64,000 bases of DNA from a virus: the IMG/VR virus record IMGVR_UViG_3300022743_000004, positions 3,793 through 67,792 of that record; one strand, given 5' to 3'. Below are positions 28,195 to 35,368 of this stretch, in pieces. The notes under the pieces were generated by a model. It was given only the letters and a program-made list of their open reading frames with translations, was not told where the DNA came from and did no database searches. The translations under genes and the position numbers were made by a program. Numbering within the stretch: position 1 is the stretch's first letter; every line of letters starts with the position of its first letter.

Positions 28195-28440
28195 CTATAC
28201 GATTAAGTGCATCCCTTCACGATTCTTATTTACGAGTTCAAACATGTCGCGGGCGATCTGCTTCTGCGTCTCAGCAGGCAGCATACGCATCATGTTGGAG
28301 AGACCGTCGAGCGCCATGGACAGGTACTTGGCACCATTCAGTGCGCGTGCAGCGTCGGCATTATTCGGTTCGTTGTACGCCAGAGTTTCCAGGAACTCCA
28401 CGGCGTACAACATGTCCTGGGTGACTTGTTCGTTTGACAT
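28195..28440 (-). CDS. Hypothetical protein
   Basis: GAGGAG upstream; operon orientation. Confidence 0.55.
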   Translation of the reverse strand: MSNEQVTQDMLYAVEFLETLAYNEPNNADAARALNGAKYLSMALDGLSNMMRMLPAETQKQIARDMFELVNKNREGMHLIV

Positions 28441-28615
28441 CAGCAAGGGTCTCCTCGTGACTTGATGTGTTTGTTTCCATCGTTGCGGTAGTACGTGCGA
28501 GTGTCTTGCTCGTACTTACCGACGAAGGGGTTAATGAGGTTGGCGGGAACCACCTCAGCGGGAGGTAGAGGTTGGTTGTCGTCATCGGTTGGAACTTCGT
28601 TGTTTGTGTCAGAGG

Positions 28616-28960
28616 TCACTTGATTTCCACAGGTTTAGGGTGTTTGATTGCTTCTGCTTTCCAAAGTGTTCGCTTTTCTGCTGGCACTGCTTGCGGTGCT
28701 GCGGACTCCTCGACAATGTGCGGCGTACATGGCCGCGCCCCTAAGAATTTGTCACGCAGTAGACAGCGTTTGCAATAACACTCGCCCTCTTCGCCGGGAT
28801 GCTTTGATTCAAGCCAAGGTCCATGCTCTGTGCTTATGGTTTGCTGTACAGGATCTTGCGCCATCATTTCTTTGACGATTGCGATTGCTTCGTTCAGCTT
28901 TGTTGGGCCGCAGCAGGATTCATACTCCAGCGCATCAAGCACAGTTTGTAATTTGTTCAT
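28616..28960 (-). CDS. Hypothetical protein with CYCKRC
   Basis: Coupled ORF. Confidence 0.55.
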   Translation of the reverse strand: MNKLQTVLDALEYESCCGPTKLNEAIAIVKEMMAQDPVQQTISTEHGPWLESKHPGEEGECYCKRCLLRDKFLGARPCTPHIVEESAAPQAVPAEKRTLWKAEAIKHPKPVEIK

Positions 28961-29250
28961 GGTTTTTCTCTCCACACAATATCGAAGTTAAGTTCTTCAA
29001 TCCCCTCGCAACGCCCCAACACTGGGCGGTTGTATTGAGAGCCTTGACTGAATACATGAGCGCCGTAAGTTGCAGCACTGCTGAGTTCACCGTCAGCGTT
29101 CAAGCCAAGCAGAATGACTGTGCTGTCACGGATGCCGACCACAATCCAGTAGCGTGTCTTGTTACCACCTTTAGCTGCGTACACATTGCCGATAACAAGT
29201 TCTTCGCTTGGGTCGAATGGAGCCTCTGGCGTTGGGAGATTGAATTTCAT
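28957..29250 (-). CDS. Hypothetical protein
   Basis: ATGA-coupled ORF. Confidence 0.6.
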   Translation of the reverse strand: MKFNLPTPEAPFDPSEELVIGNVYAAKGGNKTRYWIVVGIRDSTVILLGLNADGELSSAATYGAHVFSQGSQYNRPVLGRCEGIEELNFDIVWREKP

Positions 29251-29477
29251 GTCTCGTCCTTCATTGCATCAAGTTTCGCAATCACGCGATCACCGAGCGT
29301 TTCGGCATCACCCCAAGTAACAAGCGCACCTTCTCGCATGATTTCAGTCCATTTGAGCAAGGCTACTTCTTTAAGCGCATCGCGCCGGAACTGAAGCATC
29401 TGGGCTTCGGTGTAGCCATAGATGCCACTTCTGGTTATGTCAGAGCCTAGCCTTTTTATCTCAGGTAGCTTGGTCAT
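29247..29477 (-). CDS. Hypothetical protein
   Basis: ATGA-coupled ORF. Confidence 0.55.
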   Translation of the reverse strand: MTKLPEIKRLGSDITRSGIYGYTEAQMLQFRRDALKEVALLKWTEIMREGALVTWGDAETLGDRVIAKLDAMKDET

Positions 29478-29680
29478 GACGTGGCCCCTATTCCGGCAAG
29501 TGCAACCGCGCCCATAACTGAAACCCATGTCACAGCCCCACGCGCTGCGTTCATATCGGGATTACCCTCCGGCAGAAACCCTTGTCCAACAAAGGCAAAC
29601 ATAACGAGGTTTGCAATCATTACGATAGATGGCAAGCCCACAATAAAGGCAAGGATTGTGAGTTTGGATTGCTTGGTCAT
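29474..29680 (-). CDS. Small two-TM membrane protein
   Basis: ATGA-coupled; two hydrophobic segments. Confidence 0.55.
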   Translation of the reverse strand: MTKQSKLTILAFIVGLPSIVMIANLVMFAFVGQGFLPEGNPDMNAARGAVTWVSVMGAVALAGIGATS

Positions 29681-30153
29681 GCTGCGCCTTTCATAGCTGC
29701 ATCGGCGCATTCTTCGCAGATGTAGCAGCGCTTATCTACGAACTCCATTTGCTTTTCACAGCGAAGGCATTTATTCATGTAGCCTCCTTCTGCGTAGCCG
29801 AATCTCGTTAGGGCGAACTTCCGATACCGCTCCGCATCCAGCTTCAATGCGTCACGCTCTGATTTGAAGCCTTGCCAAACAGCCATAGCAAAGTCGCCCA
29901 TGCAATCGAAACCATTGTCGAAGGCCGCACTTGGTAAGTCACAGGACGCCGCTTCTAAAGTTGATTCGGTACAGTTCAACTCGTCTTGAGCCTTGGCAAG
30001 CTCAGTGCCTATACGTTCAACTTCCGCTTCCAACGCCTCGATAGCATCAGCAGCTTCACTAACCATAGGCGCAACGTCAGCAATCGGCATCGATGTACGG
30101 CGCAGCTTTTGAACCACCCCGCGTAGCCGTTCAATCAGTTCTGTGTGCTTCAT
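29677..30153 (-). CDS. Coiled-coil protein with C-terminal Zn ribbon
   Basis: EAADAIEALEAE coiled coil; CLRC...CEEC. Confidence 0.6.
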   Translation of the reverse strand: MKHTELIERLRGVVQKLRRTSMPIADVAPMVSEAADAIEALEAEVERIGTELAKAQDELNCTESTLEAASCDLPSAAFDNGFDCMGDFAMAVWQGFKSERDALKLDAERYRKFALTRFGYAEGGYMNKCLRCEKQMEFVDKRCYICEECADAAMKGAA

Positions 30154-30548
30154 TCCAAGTCCTCTTCGGTGATCTTTAACTCTTGCACGTTGATGACTTT
30201 CCAATAGCGGATGTTCACCCGCTTTTTTGCCCACTCAAGAATGAGATCGTGAAGTTCTTTCTTTTCTTCATCGCTGACATCCGTAAAGCAGTTGTCGTAG
30301 ACCTCGCCAATTTCTTCATAGCCAAGCGCATCACATTGCTCCAATAATGAGTCAACGTCGATTAGCTCGCTGTGTGTAAGCTCTTTCTTTTCACCGCGCC
30401 AGTAAGTCCTTCCAACTGGATCTTCGTCATTGCAATTGATCTCGTCGATCAGGTCGCCCATGGACTCGTGGTTGAACAACTCTTCATCGGTGCTGTAGCA
30501 GTAATCTGGCTCTGCAATCTCACACTGTTTCGTTGTGTCGATGGTCAT
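30150..30548 (-). CDS. Acidic hypothetical protein
   Basis: ATGA-coupled; D/E-rich. Confidence 0.6.
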   Translation of the reverse strand: MTIDTTKQCEIAEPDYCYSTDEELFNHESMGDLIDEINCNDEDPVGRTYWRGEKKELTHSELIDVDSLLEQCDALGYEEIGEVYDNCFTDVSDEEKKELHDLILEWAKKRVNIRYWKVINVQELKITEEDLE

Positions 30549-30943
30549 TCCAAACTACCTCCACTGACCGCAATCAGCGCACGACGATGCGCTTCTGCGC
30601 CTTCTTTTGTGGCGTGGCACAACCTAAGTTCCAATCGTTTATGGTCTCGTTGGTCACCTAGCCATGTATATGTAATAACCGCCAACAGGTTGGTAAAGTA
30701 AACGGTTGTGTCACACAAAGGCGCAACCAGCATAGGCTCTGGCCATTCGTACTTCACACCGTCAACAGTGACGCTGCGTGTTTTGGGTTTGATGCGGAAC
30801 TTCTGCTCAGCGTACGCTTCTGCAGTTAATGCCCTCAAGTCTGATGGAAACCATTTACTTAGCGAAGGCTCATAAAACTCAATCTCAATCGACGTATCCG
30901 CGGTCCATGCGTCGATGATTTCTTTGTGTGGATGTGCGCTCAT
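30545..30943 (-). CDS. Hypothetical phage protein
   Basis: HPH.E.I.AW, FRIKP, T.E.AEAH.RAL pattern. Confidence 0.6.
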   Translation of the reverse strand: MSAHPHKEIIDAWTADTSIEIEFYEPSLSKWFPSDLRALTAEAYAEQKFRIKPKTRSVTVDGVKYEWPEPMLVAPLCDTTVYFTNLLAVITYTWLGDQRDHKRLELRLCHATKEGAEAHRRALIAVSGGSLE

Positions 30944-31236
30944 TTGTTTGCTCCGATCACTGCCAATGCGATGGCTTTCTGTGGGGTGATGTACGCAGGC
31001 CCGGTCGTCCAGCCGACAGTCCACGCACCATCACGCGTTTGGTATGGGAACGCGTCGTGCTCCTTGGCGATCGGCCCGATAACGTTCCAGTCGCGGTAGT
31101 CGAAGATGCGCCACGATGAAGAAAACGCTGTTGCCTTTGGGTAGTAGCAACGCACAACACCAGTATTCAACGCCATGCGGTCTCGGTCCCACCCAATCGC
31201 CAGCGCGAGGGCTTTGGATATTTCGAGGTCAGTCAT
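30940..31236 (-). CDS. NinX/DUF2591-like protein
   Basis: D.EI...LA.A.GW, FDY.DW...GPI, P..AIA pattern. Confidence 0.5.
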   Translation of the reverse strand: MTDLEISKALALAIGWDRDRMALNTGVVRCYYPKATAFSSSWRIFDYRDWNVIGPIAKEHDAFPYQTRDGAWTVGWTTGPAYITPQKAIALAVIGANK

Positions 31237-31490
31237 TGATGCTCCTTGTTTGCTTTCAGGTAAATCTCACACCAATCGCCGAAGCGTTGCCAGCGTGTGC
31301 GCTTGCCCTTCAATTGCTGAAGTCGCTCGAACGCGGTGTTGCGGGCGTGGTCCAGTTGGAAGGTAGACCCGACCCACCCGAGAGTGAATACACGCACGAG
31401 GCCGTCCGCAATCTGGCAAAGCCCAAAGTAGGCGGAGTTCAGCTTGCCCGACGGGTTCTTGTTCAGATAGAACTTAGAGCGCGAGTTCAC
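31233..31490 (-). CDS. Hypothetical protein
   Basis: Coupled ORF. Confidence 0.5.
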   Translation of the reverse strand: MNSRSKFYLNKNPSGKLNSAYFGLCQIADGLVRVFTLGWVGSTFQLDHARNTAFERLQQLKGKRTRWQRFGDWCEIYLKANKEHQ

Positions 31491-32008
31491 TTATTCATCT
31501 CCTGCGCCCACAGGTTGTTTATGGTCATGCGCTCCATGATCTCGTCGACATGCAGCGGGCGCATGATCGTGGTCGCGTCAACACCGACGTCCAGGCGGTT
31601 CATCTTCACGCCTGCTGTGCCGTGGGTGTGGCCGTGCAGGTGGTACCTGTATTCACGACGCCATGACTCGAACGGGTAGTGACACAGGACGAAGCGGTGG
31701 TCTTTGTCGAGCTTGAGGTAGTGAACCTCGGGCAGCACCTCGTCGAACAGGTGCATGACCTTCTTGGCGCGCTCGTGGTCGTGGTTACCAGGTACGAGCT
31801 TGAGCTTGCCGTTCAGGCGCTCGATGCATTCGTAGTTGTGGAACGCCACGTCGCCGAGGTGGTACACCGTGTCCTTGGGACTCACAGCGCCGTTCCAGTT
31901 GCGTACCATGGCATCGTTCATCTCTTCCACAGACAAGAACGGACGGTTGCAGTAGTCGATGATCTTGGCGTGACCAAAGTGTGTGTCAGAGACGAAGAAG
32001 ATGCTCAT
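31487..32008 (-). CDS. Calcineurin-like metallophosphoesterase
   Basis: SDTHFGH, LGD, GNHD, HYP, HGHTH. Confidence 0.92.
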   Translation of the reverse strand: MSIFFVSDTHFGHAKIIDYCNRPFLSVEEMNDAMVRNWNGAVSPKDTVYHLGDVAFHNYECIERLNGKLKLVPGNHDHERAKKVMHLFDEVLPEVHYLKLDKDHRFVLCHYPFESWRREYRYHLHGHTHGTAGVKMNRLDVGVDATTIMRPLHVDEIMERMTINNLWAQEMNK

Positions 32009-32124
32009 GGTGCGGACCTTTCAGAGTTTCTGCCGCTCTACCCAGCGGCCCAGTTTGTAGCTGCCGTAGCTGACCATGGCCAGGACTACGGTAGAGCCGA
32101 CGACAGCGACGAGTTCGAGGACGA

Positions 32125-32538
32125 TCATTTCGCAATCTTGGGGATAGGGAAGGGCACCTTGTCCGTGGCTTGGCAGCGGCCATCGTCACCGGCATAGGGT
32201 TTGCTAGTGAAGTCCTTTTCAGTGAGGCAACCCACTGCGCCGGAGATCGTGCTGCACTTCAGGCCGACAACGCCGTTGTTGGTCTTATCTACGAGCTTCG
32301 CGCTGGCCCAGCCATCGCCTTGCGGGCATTCAGGCGTCATGGTGCTGTCGGTCTGCGCGATGATGGCCGTGTTGGCGTACACCGGGTTGGCGGCGCGGAA
32401 GGCTTGTGCGTTGAACTCGGCGTTGGCTTTACCTTGTGTGCGTGCAGTTTCGAGTGTGTCGAAGCTCACTTTGTCTTTGCTGCAAGCGGCGACCAGAATA
32501 GCGAGAACGGGGGCGAGGAAGTATGTAGAGTATTTCAT
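32125..32538 (-). CDS. Lipoprotein
   Basis: Signal peptide with lipobox VAAC; four further Cys. Confidence 0.75.
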   Translation of the reverse strand: MKYSTYFLAPVLAILVAACSKDKVSFDTLETARTQGKANAEFNAQAFRAANPVYANTAIIAQTDSTMTPECPQGDGWASAKLVDKTNNGVVGLKCSTISGAVGCLTEKDFTSKPYAGDDGRCQATDKVPFPIPKIAK

Positions 32539-32568
32539 GGGGTTCTTTCAGAGTTACGAGGTGAGGGT

Positions 32569-33078
32569 TTAGCGCGCGTCAACAAACTCGACGAGCTTGG
32601 CGATGTCGGCTTGCAGGTCTTCGATCACTTTGACCAGCTTTTTGGGCTTGGTCTTGATGGCGTCCAGCTTGGTAATCTGGCCCTCCAATGAGCTGATCTT
32701 GGCGAAGATTTGCGCATCGCTGAGGTTCGCAGCGTCTTCACCTTGGATGAAGGTTTTGGTTTCGATGGTCGGTGCGGTCATGGCAGGTTCCTGGGTTGAG
32801 TTGATGGGTTGGGGTTGGGATTCGGCACCGCGTGTCGCATGACGCGTCACGTAGTAGTTCAGCGTTCCTGGGTCGAACTCAATGAGCCGTTTAGCCGCGA
32901 GCTTGTTGATTACGCCATCAGCAGGGCGCATTAGTGCTTCAGCCATCTGCTTAAGGGTGGCACCGGTGTTGAACATGTGGACCAAGTTTGCGTAGTCGGT
33001 ATCTGTCCAAATCTGGCCATGGCGTTCACGGCGTGAGCAGTCAACGCGTGCGAATGAGGTATCAAATTTTTGCGGCAT
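32569..33078 (-). CDS. Hypothetical protein (HTH-like N-half, coiled-coil C-half)
   Basis: W...D...L..MF..G.TL..MA..L.R pattern. Confidence 0.55.
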   Translation of the reverse strand: MPQKFDTSFARVDCSRRERHGQIWTDTDYANLVHMFNTGATLKQMAEALMRPADGVINKLAAKRLIEFDPGTLNYYVTRHATRGAESQPQPINSTQEPAMTAPTIETKTFIQGEDAANLSDAQIFAKISSLEGQITKLDAIKTKPKKLVKVIEDLQADIAKLVEFVDAR

Positions 33079-33268
33079 GCTGCTGTCCTTCAATGACACG
33101 ATGTGCCGTCACATGCGGACGGTCTAGGCTGGTGATGGCCCACTCCAGGGCTGCGATCTCGGCCTTGTCGTAGGTGGCGTCGTACGAGACGGACTTCACA
33201 CGGGTGCGCAGCCAGTCAACGCGACGCTGGAGAGCACGGAGGTGTTTGGCTGGGCTAGCGCCGCTCAT
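33062..33268 (-). CDS. Hypothetical protein
   Basis: Coupled ORF. Confidence 0.55.
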   Translation of the reverse strand: MSGASPAKHLRALQRRVDWLRTRVKSVSYDATYDKAEIAALEWAITSLDRPHVTAHRVIEGQQHAAKI

Positions 33269-33633
33269 ACAACCCCCGTCTTCTGTTTTAGAGCTTCGAT
33301 TACACCCACCTCGACGAACACCATAGGTAGGTCGTCGGGTAAGTCTTTGAAGATGTGTTTGGCCACACTGCGGCGCACATGGGCGATCTGGCCGGTGCGC
33401 TCAGAGTTCCCCAACGTGAGTGTCTTACCGACCTTGGCTGTGTTAGAGCACTCAACCAGGGCGATGTACTCCGCACGCAGAGCTTCATGTTCGGGGCAGA
33501 GCGACCAGCCCATGAAGTTGGTTCTTTCCAGGGACTCCATCAAGCGTTTGTCCAGGAGCACCACTTCGTCGTGCTTAATGCCGCAGACTGGGCACAGGCT
33601 GTGGCCCATGCCGACATAGGATTTTTCGGTCAT
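33265..33633 (-). CDS. Zn-binding hypothetical protein
   Basis: CPVC...CPEH. Confidence 0.65.
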   Translation of the reverse strand: MTEKSYVGMGHSLCPVCGIKHDEVVLLDKRLMESLERTNFMGWSLCPEHEALRAEYIALVECSNTAKVGKTLTLGNSERTGQIAHVRRSVAKHIFKDLPDDLPMVFVEVGVIEALKQKTGVV

Positions 33634-34136
33634 GTGGGTGCTCCTTGTTTCTGGGTTGGCCACCCCGCCTTCACAAAGTCCGCCACGACGTTGGCGACGC
33701 AGGGCAAGCTACGGGACGCCTTTGCCTCGTCTTCAGGGATGTACTTAGAGAACTCAGGCAGAGCGTCGAGCAGTGCCTTGTTCGTTGAGACGCTATAAGC
33801 GACAGCATGCAGACGTGTCTTGAGGGATTCCAAGGCTTCGGTCTGAGCACTGTAGAGATCGCACAGCTCAGTTACTTGCTTCACCGTCGCGCTCGGTATC
33901 TCGACTGATGCGTACTGTGGCGCAGGCACTTGGTATGACTGTGATGGCCCGATGCGACGCCACTCTGTGTTGAAGTAGTCTGGGCGGGTTTTGTACAGTG
34001 CTTGCGCTTCAGGAGTCATCGCCTCGACGTATGCCTGCTTCACCGCTTTACGGATTTGGTCGTCGTAGTCGGTGGATGGCACGTCGGCCATAACAGCGCG
34101 AACAAAAGCGTCACGCATCGCGTTAGTGAGTCTCAT
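33630..34136 (-). CDS. Nmad5-like protein
   Basis: MRLTN..RD N-terminus and T.K.L...LPEF..Y.P C-terminal pattern recalled for nucleotide-modification-associated domain 5. Confidence 0.55.
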   Translation of the reverse strand: MRLTNAMRDAFVRAVMADVPSTDYDDQIRKAVKQAYVEAMTPEAQALYKTRPDYFNTEWRRIGPSQSYQVPAPQYASVEIPSATVKQVTELCDLYSAQTEALESLKTRLHAVAYSVSTNKALLDALPEFSKYIPEDEAKASRSLPCVANVVADFVKAGWPTQKQGAPT

Positions 34137-34265
34137 ACTTCAAATCTCCGTAAAGTGATCTTATGGGCGAACTCACGGCCCGCGTCATACGCGCGGGTGA
34201 GTTCGTAGGACGTGTAGTACATGGTGAAGGAGTCACGGAACTCCCACATACCGATGATGAACGCC

Positions 34266-34472
34266 TTAATCTTTTTCATAGGTTTGTCCTCTCAAGCGCA
34301 TCAGCGCTGCTTTTTCTGGGGTGGTGTAAATCAGTTCGTACTTGTGGGCGTGCAGGACGCGGCTGCAATCCCGGATAGAGTCGATTAAAGAGCACTGGCT
34401 CTTCGGCAGTACATAAACGCAGCCATCACATCCATGACCAGCAGGCATCTTCACAGGGACGATCTCGGTCAT
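34266..34472 (-). CDS. Cys-rich small protein, RLRG-tagged (array member 5)
   Basis: GCDGC..C..C; ends KAALMRLRGQTYEKD. Confidence 0.7.
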   Translation of the reverse strand: MTEIVPVKMPAGHGCDGCVYVLPKSQCSLIDSIRDCSRVLHAHKYELIYTTPEKAALMRLRGQTYEKD

Positions 34473-34693
34473 ACCAACTCTCCTCTCAGCCGCATGAGTG
34501 CTGCTTTCTCAGGAGAGACGTAGATGTACTCGTAGTTGTATGTGTACCCGGTACTGTCCGTACTTTCGCGTCTGTGGCAATCTGCATCGACCCGAGGGTG
34601 TGCGCAATTGCTTAACACTACTTCTTCGTCGAAATACATGCACTGTTTGCACCCGGTGCCTACAGGCACGGCGAGTTTGATGATCTCGGTCAT
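34469..34693 (-). CDS. Cys-rich small protein, RLRG-tagged (array member 4)
   Basis: GCKQC..C..C; ends KAALMRLRGELV. Confidence 0.7.
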   Translation of the reverse strand: MTEIIKLAVPVGTGCKQCMYFDEEVVLSNCAHPRVDADCHRRESTDSTGYTYNYEYIYVSPEKAALMRLRGELV

Positions 34694-34935
34694 GCCAACT
34701 TCCCCCTCATGCGAGTGAGTAAGTAACGTTCAGGTGTGAGAAAGACCAGCTCTTCGCGCGCTCCGTTTTTGTCATGCTGACAGAGCAAGTTATGGCAGCA
34801 TCCTTGGCGAGCCGCCGACCCTTCACAGATACTGCAACCCTTCCTCATGGCATCGTTATCTATCTTCTTGATGTCGGATATGGGCACACCGTACAGTTCG
34901 TCTGAGCCGTGCTTGACAACCTTGATGATTCTCAT
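34690..34935 (-). CDS. Cys-rich small protein, RMRG-tagged (array member 3)
   Basis: GCSIC..CC..C; ends YLLTRMRGKLA. Confidence 0.7.
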   Translation of the reverse strand: MRIIKVVKHGSDELYGVPISDIKKIDNDAMRKGCSICEGSAARQGCCHNLLCQHDKNGAREELVFLTPERYLLTRMRGKLA

Positions 34936-35147
34936 GTGATGCTCCCACGCAGACGTGCCTTCAGGGCGTCGTCTACACGTAGCCAAATGATGTCTTCGAG
35001 GTCCTTGCGAACAATTGAGTCGCAGGGGTACAGGGTGCAGTCCACCAGTTTGACTAGCGCACAGCGCGCACATCCTTCCCCAGTACCTGCTACCGCTACG
35101 ATCTCTTCATGGTTGTAAGCTCTGGTTTCATGCAGCGTGATAGTCAT
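34932..35147 (-). CDS. Cys-rich small protein, RLRG-tagged (array member 2)
   Basis: GCARC..C..C; ends DDALKARLRGSIT. Confidence 0.7.
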   Translation of the reverse strand: MTITLHETRAYNHEEIVAVAGTGEGCARCALVKLVDCTLYPCDSIVRKDLEDIIWLRVDDALKARLRGSIT

Positions 35148-35186
35148 GTGATGCTCCCACGCAGACGTGCCTTCAAGGCGTCGTCT
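34932..35186. repeat. 43-bp direct repeat encoding the shared C-terminal tag
   Basis: TCATGTGATGCTCCCACGCAGACGTGCCTTCA(G/A)GGCGTCGTCT at 34932-34974 and 35144-35186. Confidence 0.9.
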
Positions 35187-35368
35187 GTACGCAACCAGAT
35201 GATGTCCTTGCCGTCTACCCTGCGGGCTCTAGAACATGGGCCGAGAAGAAGGTTGCACGCGGCGACAGTAAACAATACGCAGTTACCGCAGCTACCGCTA
35301 TTTCCGCTCACGTTCACCGCCACCACTTCTTCGCCTTCGTAAACTTTCGTCTCCAGCAGTTCGATCAT
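35144..35368 (-). CDS. Cys-rich small protein, RLRG-tagged (array member 1)
   Basis: SCGNC..C..C; ends DDALKARLRGSIT; ATGA overlap with the primase stop. Confidence 0.7.
   Translation of the reverse strand: MIELLETKVYEGEEVVAVNVSGNSGSCGNCVLFTVAACNLLLGPCSRARRVDGKDIIWLRTDDALKARLRGSIT

Noticed and set aside
22120-30153. RLRG near the N-termini of the helicase and of ORF 29677-30153
   Set aside because: Not C-terminal and the helicase start is uncertain; treated as chance
34932-35186. Diversity-generating retroelement TR/VR pair
   Set aside because: Only one mismatch in 43 bp and no reverse transcriptase in the window
34266-35368. RLRG as a true ubiquitin-like C-terminus (LRLRGG)
   Set aside because: None has the di-glycine, no beta-grasp-like bodies are evident and no E1, E2 or JAB genes are seen; the scaffold match is more parsimonious
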